NCBI GenBank assembly: GCA_016748015.1 | Contig: JAAOMT010000071.1 | Location: 248,001 to 312,000 of the forward strand | Length of the DNA stretch: 64,000 bases | From: Geosiphon pyriformis uo1 | Taxonomy: Eukaryota; Fungi; Glomeromycota | Direction: 5' to 3' | Shown here: one piece after another, positions 21,078-34,917 of the stretch | Numbering within the stretch: the first letter of the stretch is position 1 | How the letters are laid out: every line of letters starts with the position of its first letter | Made by a program: the position numbers and the translations under genes | Notes under the pieces: generated by a model | The model's database searches: none | Seen by the model: the letters and a program-made list of their open reading frames with translations, nothing else | Told to the model about the DNA's origin: nothing

Positions 21078-24000
21078 ACAGCAAAAAATTGTCATCAATA
21101 GACACATACTATGGCAATGACAAAGAATACTTTATGATAACAAAGTTTTATTGCTGTCTATGTGTTATAAAACAGTTTGGACACCTGAAAAAACAAGGAA
21201 AATGGGATAACAAACCTTGTCTTGCCAGTAGAACTATTTTGCCTGATAAAGAAATATGAAATGACATTTTAGGGCAAGGAGGAACATGTGATGAGACATA
21301 CCAGTATATCATCTTGATAAATGACTGGGTACACAAAGAAACTCCAATCAACAATGCCTGGAAAAAAGCATTGTGATGGTTGGAAGGATATTTTCACGAC
21401 AAACATGAAATCTGGAAAATGGCGAGTGCAAAAGCAGATGCCACTACCAGTGAATTATTAGAAATTAAAAATAACCCACTCTCACTACCTGAACCTGAAT
21501 ATGTCCTCATCTTCAATGTCTTTGGGAACATTGAAGACAATCTGGAAGAATTCCACAAACATTACCAATAATTAGCACTCACTAGGGAAGAACAAAAGCA
21601 GTGTTTGAAGCAGTTGAATATTCAATTATGTCAACATTGCTTAATTCCCTGTAACTTTTAATATTGTAATAAGTGTGATCTCATTTACAATCCACCACCA
21701 CACATGATCTACACAATTCCAGAGAATGACAAACCAATCAACAGCTGTGCATTGGAATCGGAATTCACTTTCAATCCCGATTCAAACTTTGACAATAATG
21801 ATGACAAAAATAATGGTTCCAGCTCTGCTCAATATAGCAATAAAAATAACAACAATTCAAACTCTAATTCAAACCCCGAAACATATATCACACTTCCTGA
21901 TCTTACCAAAGAGCAAGAACTGAAATGGTTCAACGATAACAATGAAAGTATTATACCAAAATATGCACATAATACTGATGCAGAATTTAATCTGAGATAT
22001 CCAAGAAAAGATCCCATCAAATTGGAACCACATTTGCACACCTGCATTGATTTAAAAATAGTGCTAGAAATTTCAGTTACAATAATGGTTCAATTAGCAT
22101 CTAGAAGTAGCTTAGCCAAAAAGGGAATCAATATTAGAAAAGGAATAATTGACACAGGATACATAAAAAATATCATTGTTATGCTACAAAATGATTCAGA
22201 AAAAGCATATATTATAAATTCAAATGAAAAAATAGCACAAGCAATATTCTTACCTTTAGTAAAAATAGCTCAGTTAGTATTAGTGGGAAACAGGGAAGAA
22301 TTAAGGATTACAGCAAGAGGGATACAAGAATTTGGATCAACAGGTAGAATAGATGTACCAGTTAATATGGCAGAAAAAAAAATTATTAACAAGGGAGAAA
22401 TTATTTTCACCCATCAACCAATTTTTATTCCACTATATGACCAGTACATAGTAGTTATAGAAAGAAAAGTAAAAGATCAAGTGCAGATTTTTGAGACAGA
22501 GGCAACACTTTGTGAATCAGGAGAAATTGAATTAGTCAATCTACACATACCAGCCAAGAACCACAGTCATATCAAAATTCCCATTTACAACAATACGGAA
22601 AATGTCATCAAGATACCAGAAAAAATTATCATTGAACAGTTAACCACTGAAATCAAAGATCAAGTTCCAGACACCATTCCAGACTTTCCACAACTGTGTG
22701 GATATGTGGATATCACATCTCAAACCATATATGGATAAGAAAAATGTTATTTGCTCCAATCAGAATAATTGGAACAAATAAACATAGAAAACTTAAATCC
22801 ATTACAACATATGCAGCTCAAAATGTTACTCAACAATTTCAATGACATTTTTGCCAGTGAAAACAAATTTGGCAGAACTAACATCATTTAACATCAAATT
22901 AAGACTGGTGATGCAATGCCAATTAAACAGAGAGCATACAGAATATCACCAGCTAGCTATGCAATCATTTGTCAAGAAATCAATTGAATGCTTGACAATA
23001 GATTAATTCAACCATCAATGAGTTTATGGTCGTCACCAGTGATACTAGTTCATAAAAAAAATTGAAAAATCTGCTTTTGTGTGGATTACTGGAAACTGAA
23101 TGAAGTAACAAAAGAAGACAGCTACCCAACTCCAAAGATACAAGAACTTTTTGATGCTTTTGAAGAAAATAAATGGTTTTCAACATTAAACTTAGACAGT
23201 AGTTACTGGCAAGTAGCCATGAAACCAGAAGACAAAGAAAAAATGGCTTTTACAACTTGAGAAGAAAATTTTGAATTTGAAGTGATGTCATTTGGTTTAA
23301 TGAATGCTCCAGCAACATTTCACTGGCTTATAAAAATTGTCTATACTGGATTACTGTGGAAATCAGTAGTCATATACTTAGATGACACCAATATGTTCTC
23401 AAAAACATTTGATGATTATCTGTATTATCTCCAACAAGTGTTAAAAAGACTAAAAAAAGCCAGATTAAAGCTAAATACAACCAAATGTTTCTTTAGAAAA
23501 ACTGAACTCAAGTTTTTGGAACATGTGGTGAGCAAAAACAGAATTAAAACAGATTCAGACAAGATTGAGATTGTCAAGAACTTTCCAGTACCAAATAATC
23601 TCACAGAATTGAGAACATTCTTGAGATTTGCTGGATACTACTGTTGCTTTATCAAAGACTTTCCCAAAATAGCTCAACTGTTACACCAACTCCAAACAAA
23701 GAATACCAAATATAAATAGACAGAAACTCAGCAAGAAGCTTTTGATACATTAAGAAGAAAGCTTATTCAAGCTCCAGTATTGATCTATTCAGATTATAGC
23801 AAGCTATTCATAATTACAACTAATGTATCTGATCAAGTATTAAGAGCAGTATTATCTCAGAAAGGACAAGATAAACGAGAACATCCAGTAACATATGCCA
23901 GTAAAAGCTTAAGTCCAGCCAAAAAGAACTATGGAACTCCAACACTGGAACACTTAGCCATCTATTGGGCTGTCATTAAGTAAAAAAAATACTTGAGTCA

Positions 24001-24178
24001 AAAGTTTGATATGTACACTGATCACAAGAGATTGACGTCAATTCAGAAACAAGAATTTGGAAATGATTGTCATGCCAAATAGAAAATAAAACTTTTACCA
24101 TTCAATTATACAGTACATTATAAAAAGAGAAAAAACAATGAAAATACCAACAGTTTGTCATAAATGAGACAAATCTAA
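21078..24178 (+). pseudogene. pol: B1 Cys-rich-dUTPase-pseudo-dUTPase-RT-RNase H, disrupted
   Basis: GKWDNKPCLA; ORF 21704-22738 with ASRSSLAKKG, GIIDTGY, EKIAQAIF, RGIQEFGSTG; VVIYLDD; LEHLAIYWAV; MRQI-stop at 24176-24178. Confidence 0.93.
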
Positions 24179-24209
24179 AACATTTCAACAAAAAAAAATA
24201 TAACAAAAG

Positions 24210-25586
24210 ATGAATATACAAAAATACCAACAACTCCAACATTATATAAATACCCAATTGTTCAAGGAGAAATTATCTCAAAAGGAACAAAACAACATAA
24301 TACAAAAATCAAAATATTTTATCAATCATCAAAATATACTTTACTGGAAAAACAAAAAAAATCCAGATCAACCAATCAGAGTAGTCACAGAACCAGAAAA
24401 AGAGACAATATTATTCAACATGCACTCAGATCCAACAGCAGAACATTTTCATAAAGAAGCAACCATAGAAAGAACCAAAAAAAGATATTATTGGCCATTA
24501 ATGTATTCAGATATCATCCAATACATTCAAAATAGTGATGCTTGTCAGAAAAGAGGAGGAACAAGACCCAGTAAACCATTAAGACCAATCAAAATAGGAC
24601 AATTATTTGATCATATTGGGATTAATTTAGTTGGACCATTAACAATCACCAGTAAAGACAACAGATATATTGCAGTAGCTATGAACTATCTCACCAAATG
24701 GCCAGAAACAAAAGCCATTCAAAGAGCAGATGCAAAATCTGTTGCCAAATTCATTCATCAAAATTTGATATGTTGACATAAATGTTCAAAAAAACTATTA
24801 TCAGATCAAGGAACTCACTTTGTAAATAGAACATTGACAGAATTAAGTCAAAAATTTGGGATAAAAAGACCATTATTATCATCATACCATCCACAAACAA
24901 ATAGGTTAGTTGAAAGATTTAACAGAACATTGTGTGAAGCAATCGCCAAGATCAGTCAAGAAAACCAGGATAAATGAGATTTGTTTATACCATCAGTATT
25001 ATTTGCTTATCGGACAATGAAGCAAGACACTATACAAGCAACACTATTTGGATTAATATACAGTAAAACAGCAACATTACCAGTGGAGATAGAAGTCAAC
25101 ACTTATCCAACAGAACCAATAACTAAAGACAATTTGCAGGAAATGTTGCTAAGAAGAACATATAACTTGATGAAAACACTAAAAAACAAACAGTGAAGAG
25201 TAGCTAATAATATTCAAAAATCACAGGAAAAACAAAAAGAAAAACATGATAACTAACTATCAGATAAACCAGTTGAATTCAAGATTAGAGACAAAGTACT
25301 TCTATATTGTACTAAGGCAGAAAAACAATGGAGTGGAAAATTTGACCCCAAATAGAATGGACCATTTCACATAGAAAAAATTCTTAGAAATAGAGCTTAT
25401 AAATTAAGATGGAACAACAAAATCTTAGTCAAAGTAATACATAGTGATCAATTGAAATCATATTATCATATAGTGTCACCATCTACCAGTAATATTTCAC
25501 AATTATCAGTACAGTGAATACTAGTCCAACTAGATGAGATTTCACAAGATCTGGAACCAATCATAATTATTGGACTAAACACGTAA
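24210..25586 (+). pseudogene. int: B1 stand-alone integrase (458 codons), disrupted
   Basis: Own ATG (MNIQKY); MHSDPTAEHF; IGINLVGPL; SDQGTHF; YHPQTNRLVERFN; DLEPIIII. Confidence 0.93.
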
Positions 25587-25646
25587 AATTGAACAATAAA
25601 AAAAATATATAAAGACATAGTAGACATGACAAAAGACTTTAGAAAA

Positions 25647-26285
25647 ATAGAAATCACTGACAATATCCACTTACTAGCACAATAACTTTTCCAACTAATT
25701 TAACAACAGAATATAGAAATTACTATCAATCAATAAACCATTTGATACTGAGATACCAGAAAAATACCCAAATACAAAAGTCAAAGAAAAACAGAAAACA
25801 CTATTAATAAAATAGTTTTGAAGATAAAATTAGCAATGGAAGAACCAACAAGTGTCACCACATATCAAGAGTTGACTAAAGAAACTTGGAAATGATAAAT
25901 ACATGAATTTCCAAAAAACTTTTGCTATTTCCACTTGGAACAACACTTGAATATTCAAAACCTATACATGGATAAAACAAAATGATTATTTGACACAACA
26001 ATATTATAACAACTAGAACAGTTTGTGAGAAAAAACAATTTGACTACACAAGCAAGAGCTATCTATTAGCTACATACTGGATTTCAAGACAGACCAGAAA
26101 TCTTACTTTATTCAGAAATAGACTTTATTATAGTTAACCAAATGAGAAAAATAACTAACACCCAATTTGAAGAATTACATAACAAAATAACTCAAGTAAT
26201 TCTCGAAAAAGAAGTTCAAAAAATACTCAAAAACAGCAAATTAGAATTAGAAAATTTAGGAAATCTTGATGGAGCTTAATATTAA
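25647..26285 (+). pseudogene. B1 ORF3 (unknown, env position), disrupted
   Basis: Aligns with 53586-54215 and 32320-32958. Confidence 0.82.
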
Positions 26286-26299
26286 AAAGGAGAGAATAA

Positions 26300-27167
26300 T
26301 GTTACTCATAGAACATAGAGAATATATTAGCATATAAATTAGCCAATCAGAAGTAACCATAGTAAATGCAAAATTCTAAGATTCCTCTTAAGAAGAATTG
26401 CAGAATTCCAGAAATTTCAGGATTCTTGTACAAGGAATTCCAGGATTCCAGAATTGCAGAATTCCTCTTAAGAGAAATTGCAAAATTCCAGGAATTCCAG
26501 AATTCCTAATGTGAAGAATTGAGAAATTGAGGAATCTCAATTATGTATATATAGCAGTAGTACTAGAGATAGAAAAGACAGAATCTTTTAGTTAGAGACC
26601 TCTCAGTTTAGATCTGATCTAAGCAACCTTCCATTTACAAATATTAATAAATAAATATTCATAATCTCAATCCACTCTCCACTATTAACACTTCATGTTG
26701 ATAATAATTGATATTTAACCACACTAGAACAATAACTCTTGATCACGGCTATTGATGGGATACTAACTTGTAATTGCTTTTATTTATTTCTTTATTTTCT
26801 TTTATTTTCTTTTACTTTTTTTTGTTATTTCTTTGGTTTTACTAAATTGATTAAGGATTAAGTGCTAAGATACAGACGTTATAGGGACTGGTAAAAGACC
26901 CATGAAACAAGGGTAGAATACTTATAGATTTGAGAATAGCTTACCAGAAAGATTACTGGCCACTATGCTGAGAAAGAAATTCAACAGAATTGTGATTCTG
27001 GAAGGCTACTGAAAACAACTATTAAATCTCTGTTTATTATACAAAAAACTCCACAAACAAAATCTTCAGATCAACAAAACCTTCAGATATCAACACCAAA
27101 ATACCAACCAAGCACCAAGTTATAGATTTGTTATTTGCTTTAAGACCCCAAATAATCATTTGTAACA
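26300..27167 (+). repeat. B1 3' LTR (no matching 5' LTR)
   Basis: PPT AAAAAGGAGAGAA upstream; TGTTAC...TGTAACA; followed directly by mid-Gag ACAT, no PBS. Confidence 0.94.
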
Positions 27168-30100
27168 ACATGGATCTAATGACCTATGTTCCAATAGCAA
27201 AACTCAAAAAATTCACAGGCAAAGAGAATAACACACAAGTATGGCTAAATGATGTGAAAAAAGCCATCACAGCCAACAGATAGAATAATGCTAGAACATT
27301 CCAAGCCATCTTCTATTTTTTACAAAATACTGCTGACTTGTAGTATCAAAGTTTAGCTGCCAAACTTCAAACATTCCAGGAATTTAAAATTGCATTCTTG
27401 GGATATTTCAGTAATAATAGCAGTATTAATTACCTAGCCAACACCTTTACCACAATCAAACAAGAAGAAACTGAAGCAATTACTACTTACTTGGAACGTT
27501 TTCACAAGAACTTACACTAAATTTAAGCAATCCAAGCTGACTATTTTACAGTACCACAAATTCTAAACCAGTTTATTTGTGGACTGCACAGTAGCATCCT
27601 CCAACACATATGCCCAATACATCCATAAACTTTCCAAGACACAGTTACTAATGTATAAGATTTCAAAGCCACCAAACTCAAAGCTAATCACACTTAAGCT
27701 GTCAATTTAGTGATGAATGGATCATCTGAATTGGATTCTAAGCTGACACAATTCAATGATTTTATTAACAAAAAATTAGAGGAATACTTAGCTAACAATT
27801 AGGCAATTTATTAACCTCCACAATGATGCAATAATTAAGGAAACACAAATTGTTTCCAGAATCAGTCATGTCTATCATTCTTGACCAATCAATAGTAGCA
27901 GTAGGAAACACGTGTTTGCCACTACTGTGGTAAATAAAGACATTTGAGAATCAACTATAGGTTAAGACTAGATAACTAATAATTGGAAAATCAATATTGA
28001 AATCCTGATTACAGGTTTTAAACTTTGAATTATCAATTAAATCCAGAACTATATCAACTGAATTACCTACCTATGATGCAACAGCCAATCTATCAACCAC
28101 CAGTTTATTAGCTAACAACACCAGTAATGTATTAACCACAGTCCCAACTTATCTATTAACTGCAGTCTTAAGTAATATATTAATCCCAACTAATTTTAAC
28201 ACTGCCAGCTCAGATGACATCAGAAAATCCCAGATCAATGACCACCCAAAACTGGCAATCAGCAATGATTGTCTACCAACCAATTTCCAGCTTCTAAAAC
28301 CAGCTATTAAAATCACATTAGCAGAGTTCAGGAACCAGATACACCCAAACCCAAGTTTTCAGAACTATTTAAGTCTTCTAGTAACTCCAGAAAATACCAC
28401 ATCTCACAACTTGGAAACCAAACAAAAGCAGCCACTTACCAATAATATCCCACCAGCAACTCTTACTGAGAACAAATTACTTACTGCTATCTTCTCTTTT
28501 GAACTCAAAGAATCAGTTGAAATACTGCTATTCAGTGAAGCTATTCTAGAATCAAAACCCATTACTGCAATGTATATGAATGCTAAAGTTGATAGACAGC
28601 ACATTAAACTGATCCTAAACAGTAGATCAGCTGGCAGCATCATCACACAACAATTCATGGACCAATTAGGTCGCTAAGTTGATTGCATTGCCAGTACCAG
28701 AATAATAACAACTAATAAAGTGACCAAAACTTTTATTGACAAGATTGATGATTTTCTCTTTGAAGTAAATAGTATTATTACCCCAATTAAAGTTTTGGTA
28801 ATAGAAGCTACACAATATCAGACATTAGTTGGTAATGACTGACTAGTCAAAACAAACATCATGATTAACTAGAATACACAGAAACTACAGCTTAACCAGA
28901 ATGGCCAACACATATGAGTATCTGCCATGTGTGGCCACTTTAAGACCACCAACATGCCAGTACCACTCATCAAGTTCGAAAAAAAAGAGAAAAAACCTAC
29001 CTGGGAAGCCTATCAAGTATTATGGGCTGAAGGCGACCACAACAAGTTATCATCAATACTCTCCTAAGATGACAATGGAAAAAAAAAACAAAAAAAAAAA
29101 CTTATCTGGAATGCCAACCAAACCTAGAGAACTGACAATAACCAAGAAGAGCTAATAAATTGGAAGTAGAAAAAAAATACAAAAAAAAAGAAAAAAAGAA
29201 GGAAAAAGAACCAATATCAACCACCACTGCTACTTATACTCCATATACATATACTTCACCACAACCATTTAACTATTACTGTCCAAAACTGGTATACGTT
29301 AATTGCAACAGGAAATTGTCATCAATGGGCACATGTTGTGGCAATGATAAGGAATACCAGATGACAATGAAGTTCTATTGCTGCTCATGCCTCGTTGAAT
29401 GCTTTGAAAAACCAAAATGAGTTGGAAAATGGGATAATGAGCCATGTTTGGCTTGTGAAGAAACTCTTTTCAATAAAGAAATGTGGAACAACATTTCTAG
29501 AAGAGAAAAAACATGCAACAAATTGTGTCAGTACACAATTCTTATAAGTAACTGGATAAGAAAAAGAATGCCCATAGATGCTGCCTGAAGACAAGCAGTC
29601 AAATGCTTAGATAGATGTCCACACAATGATAACAAAATTTGGCAAATGGCTTTTACCAAAATCGAAGAAGTATCATCAAAAGAAATAAGAATAATAAAGA
29701 ACAACCCACCAGAATCTATAGAACTTAACTGAGACCCAAAACCAGTTATAAATCTACTGGATCCAGAATAATTTCATGAACACTACCAGAAATTAGCATC
29801 CACTAGAGAGGAACAAGAGCAATAGTTGGAAGAAATAAATACAAGACTATGTGACTATTGTTTGATCTTATATGACTTCCAATATTGTAATAAGTGTGAT
29901 CTCATTTACAATCTACTATCATGCATGATCTACACAATCTTGGAAGAAAAAGAACCAATCAGCAGCTGTGCATCAGAATCAGAATCAACTTTTAATTCTG
30001 ATTCAAACTCTGACAATAATAATGATGAAAATAATGGTTCCAGCTCTACTCAATATGGCAATGAAAATAACAACAATTCAAACTCCAATTCAAACTCCGA

Positions 30101-31477
30101 AACATATATCACACTTTTTGATCTTACCAAGAAGCAGAAACTAAAATGGTTTAGCAATAACAATGAAGATATTATGCCAGAATGTGCACATGATACTGAT
30201 GCAGAGTTTAATCTAAAATATCTGGGAAAAGACCCCATCAAATTAAAACTCTATTTACACATCTGTATTGATCTCAAAATAGCACTAAAAATTCCAGCAA
30301 CAACAATAGTTCAGTTAGCATCTAAAAATAGCTTAGCCAAAAAGGAAATCAACATCAGAAGAGGAATAATTGATACAGGATACATAAGAAATATCATTGC
30401 TATGCTACAAAATGACTCAGAAAAGGCATATATCATAGATCCAAATGAAAAGATAGCACAGGCAATATTCCTGCCTCTGGTTAAAATAGCTTAATTAGTA
30501 TTAATGAAAAACAGAGAAAAATTAAGGATAATAGCAAGAGGGATACAAGGATTTGGATCAACAGATAAAATAGATATACCAGTTAATATGGCAGAAGAAA
30601 AAATTATCAACAAGAGAGAAATTATTTTCACTTGTTAACCAATTTCCATTTCACCATATAACCAGTACATAGTAATTATAAAGAGAAAAGTAAAGGATCA
30701 AGTTCAGATTTTTGAGACAGAGGCAACACTTTGTAAATTAGAAAAGATTGGATTAGTCAATTTATACATACCAGCCAAAAACCACAGTCATATCAAAATT
30801 CCCATTTACAACAACACGGGAAATGTTATTAAGATACCAGAAAGAATTATCATTGGATATTTAACCATTAAAATTGAAGACCAACTGCCAGACACCATTC
30901 CAGACTTTCCACAACTGTGTGAATATGTAAATATTACATCACAAACAATATACAGATAAGAAAAATGTTATTTGCTCTAACCAAAACAATTAAAACAAAT
31001 GAACTTGGGAAATCTAGACCCATTTTAATGAATGCAACTCAAAATATTATTCAACAACTTCAATGACATCTTTGCCAGCAAAAATAAATTTGGCAGAACT
31101 GACATAATTCAACACCAGATCAAGACTAGAAATGCAATACCAATTAAACAGAGAGCATACAGAGTACCACCAGCTCATGAAATTATTTGTTAAGAAATCA
31201 ACCAGATGCTTGACAATGGGCTAATTCAGTCATCAATGAGTCCATGGTCATTACCAGTGATACTAGTCCGTAAAAAGAATGGGAAAATCTGCTTTTGTGT
31301 GAATTACCAGAAACTGAATGGAGTAATCAAAGGAGATAATTACCCGACTCCAAAGATTCAAAAATTGTTTAATGTTTTTGAAGGACAGAAATGGTTCTTA
31401 ATACTAGACTTAAACAGTAGTTACTGGCAAATAGTTATGAAACCAAAGGATAAAAAAAAATGGCTTTTACAACATGA
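27168..31477 (+). pseudogene. gag-pol: B0 Gag CA-CCHC-PR-Cys-rich-dUTPase-RT N-half; interrupted by B2
   Basis: MDLMTYVPIAKL; CHYCGK; LILNSRSAGSII; ORF 29826-30494 dUTPase; SPWSLPVILVRKK. Confidence 0.92.
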
Positions 31478-32305
31478 TGTTACAGATGATTATTTGGGGT
31501 CTCAAGTCAAATAACAAACCCATAACTTGGTGCTTGATTGGTATTTTTGGTGTTGATATCTGAAGGTTTTTGTGTAGAGTTCTTTGTATAATAGACAGAG
31601 ATTTAATAATTGTGTTATCCATAGCTTCCTGAAACCACAGTTTCATCAATTTTTTTCTCAGCATAATGGCTGGTATTTTTCCTAGTAAGCTATTCTTAAT
31701 TGAGTATTCTACCCTTATTTCTGGGTCTTTTACCAGTCACTTTGATGTCAGTAACTCCATGCATTATTCTTTTTAATCAATTAATACACAATAATAAAAC
31801 CAAAAAAAAGAAATAAAGAAAAGAAGTAAGAAATAAGCCAAGACAATTTGCAAATTAGTATCTCATCAATAGCCATGATTAAAAGCTATTGTTCCAGTGT
31901 GGTTAAGTATCAATTGTTATCAACATAAAGTGTTAATAGTGATGAGTGAGATTGAGATAGATACTAATTATTTATTGATAGTTGTAAATAGAAGGTTGCT
32001 TAGATTAAATCTAAACTGGGTGGTCTGTCTTTTCTACTTCTAATATTACTATTATATATATATAATGAGATTTTTCAATTCCTCAATTCTTCACACCAGG
32101 AATTCTGGAATTTTTGAAATTCTGCAATTTTTTTTGAGAGGAATCCTGGAATTCTGAAATCCTGCAATTTCTTGTATAAGAATCCTGAAATTCCTGGAAT
32201 CCTACAATTCTTCTTGAAAGAAATTCTGGAATTCCACATTTACTATGGCTACTTCTGATTGGCTAATTTATATGCTAATATACTTTTTATATTTTATAAA
32301 TAACA
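31478..32305 (-). repeat. B2 3' LTR
   Basis: Pairs with 50383-51213. Confidence 0.94.
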
Positions 32306-32319
32306 TTATTCTCTTCTTT

Positions 32320-32958
32320 TTAATATTGAACACCATCAAAATCTCCTAAATCTTCTAACTCTAATTTTCTGTTGTTAAGTATTTCTTAAACTTCTTTTTC
32401 GAGAATTACTTGAATTATTTTGTTCTGTAATTTCTCAAATTGGATGTTGGTTATTTTTCCCATTTGGTTAACTGAAATAGAGTCCAATTCCAGATTAAGT
32501 AAAATTTTTGGTCTGTTCTGGAATTTTGTATATAGCTGATAGATGACTCTTGCTTGTATAGTCAAATTGTTTTTTCCCACAAATTGTTCCAGTTGTTGCA
32601 GTATTGTTGTGTCAAATAATTGTTTTGTTTTATGTGTGTATAAGTTTTGAATATTCAAGTGTTGTTTTAAGTAGAAATAACAAAAGTTCCTTGGAAATTT
32701 GTGTATTCACTATTTCCAAGTTTTTTTAGTCAACTCTTGATATGTGGTAACACTTATTGGTTCTTCTATTGCTAATTTTATTTTCAGAACCATTTTATTG
32801 ATAGTGTTTTCTGTTTTCTTTCAACTTTTGTATTTGGGTATCTTTCTGGTATCTCAGTATTGAATAGTTTGTTAATTGATAGTAATTTCCATATTCTGTT
32901 GTTAAATTAGTTGAAAGAGTTGTTGTGTTAGTGAGTGAATGTTGTCAGTGATTTCCAT
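32320..32958 (-). pseudogene. B2 ORF3 (unknown, env position), disrupted
   Basis: ATG at 32958 (MEITDN); includes ORF 32386-32658. Confidence 0.83.
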
Positions 32959-33018
32959 TTTTCTGAAGTCTTTTGTTGCATCTATTATGTCTTTATATAC
33001 TCTTTTTATTGTTCAATT

Positions 33019-33938
33019 TTACATGTTTGGTTCAATGATTATGATTGGTTCCAGATCTCATAAAATCTCATCTAGTTGGACTAGTATTTTCTGTATTCTT
33101 AATTGTGGAATATTATTGGTAGATGGTGACACTATATGGTGATATGGTTTTAATCAATCACTATGTGCTACTTTGGCTAAAATTTTGTTGTTTTATCTTA
33201 ATTTATAAGCTTCATTGCTAAAAATTTCTTCTATGTGAAATGTTCCATCTTATTTGGGATCAAATTTTCCACTCTATTGTTTTTCTGCCTTAGTACAATA
33301 TAGAAGTACTTTGTCTCTAATCTTGAATTCAACTGGTTTATCTGGTAGTTGGTTATCATGTCTTTCTTTTTGTTTTTTCTGTAACTTTTAAATGTTATCA
33401 GCTGCTCTTCACTGTTTGTTTTTTAGTGTTTCTATCAAGTCATATGTTTTTTTTAGCAACGTTTCCTACAAATTGTCTTCAGTTATTGGTTCTGTTGGAT
33501 AAATATTGACTTTTATCTTCACTGGTAATGTTGCTGTTCTACCATATTCAAATAGTGTTGTCTGTATAGTGTCTTGCTTTATTGTTTGATAAGCAAATAA
33601 TACTGATGATATAAACAAATCTCATTTGTCCTGGTTTTTTTGACTGATCTTGGCAATTGCTTTACACAATGTTCTGTTAAATCTTTCAACTAACCTATTT
33701 GTTTGTGAATGGTATGGTAATAATAATAGTCTTTTTATTCCAAATCTTTGACTTAATTCTGTCAATATTCTATTTACAAAGTAAGTTCCTTGATCTGATA
33801 GTAGTTCTTTTGAACATTTGTGTTGACAGATCAACTCTTGATAAACAAATTCGGCAATAGATTCTGTATCTGCTCTTTAAATAGCTTTTGTTTCTGGCCA
33901 TTTGGTGAGATAGTCCATGGCTACTGTAATATATCTGT
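33019..33938 (-). pseudogene. int: B2 integrase C-terminal part (N-terminal part 43795-44249)
   Basis: SDQGTYF, YHSQTNRLVERFN, DLEPIIIIEP; split by A3. Confidence 0.9.
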
Positions 33939-34917
33939 TGTTACTGGAGGTTTTTGGTCTCTTCTTAGCTCTTGTATGTTTGTTGTAGTGCTGTTAATTC
34001 ACGACTATGAGAAGTGTTTGAATCTCTGATAACTGAATTTTATCTTCAAATTATCTCCTATAATTTGAATGACTGGGCTTATAAGTGGAATGGCCAATTC
34101 CATGCCAGTTACTCATGTAGTTATGTTGTAGTAAATATTAACTCTTTTTCAGAAATTGCTTGTCTGGAAGCTCACTAAAAATGTGTAGTTACTTTGCTGT
34201 GAAAGTCAACTCTTCTACAGGAATTTTGTCTATAGGCTACCCTAATGATTGTAATAAGAAAATAAAAATAAAAATAAAAGAAATATAAAAGAAATAGGTT
34301 TTTATCAAGAGAACATTTTCTATCCAGGCCTGGAGTTACTAACAGTTTACTAAAATTGGTAGCTAATCAATTTCAAAATGTTAGTTGGGTTTTGATGATT
34401 TTCTAAGTACAATAATTAAAGAATTTGGTTTTTCGAATTATTTGATATTTATTTCTTTTTGTGTATGTAGGAATGGTTCTAAGTGATAAATCTAAAGTAA
34501 GATATATTTTCTCGAAGAGAGAAGCTCTTCTTTTATACAACTTGTTGTAACACTATTCCATGAACTTGAACTTTGCTCTTTTCTACAATTTCGCTGAACT
34601 AAAGATACATTTCGGCAAATTACAAGTTATTTCTGCAAACTATTAGATATTTCGGTGAACTATCAATTATTTCGGCAAATTTCTACAAATTTCGGCAAAC
34701 TTTTGAATATTACATATTTCGGAGTATTGCATGATTGATCATTGCAATTAGGTTACATTTGTGTTATGTACAAATTGGGTTATTAATTAAATGATAATTT
34801 TGGACATTTTGCTAATGTAATAAGTGATAATTTGAAATAATAATATATGCTAATTAATAATAAAAATTATGAAGATAGTTTCATGCTAAATAATATCTCT
34901 AATTTCATCTGATAACA
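33939..34917 (-). repeat. A3 3' LTR
   Basis: Pairs with 42816-43794. Confidence 0.95.

Noticed and set aside
21704-22738. Cellular dut gene
   Set aside because: In frame within the retroelement polyprotein and present in every copy covering this region.
7180-27167. Treating 7180-27167 as one ordinary element
   Set aside because: Flanks CTGA vs ACAT do not match and the LTR subtypes differ; 7180 pairs with 54230-55067.
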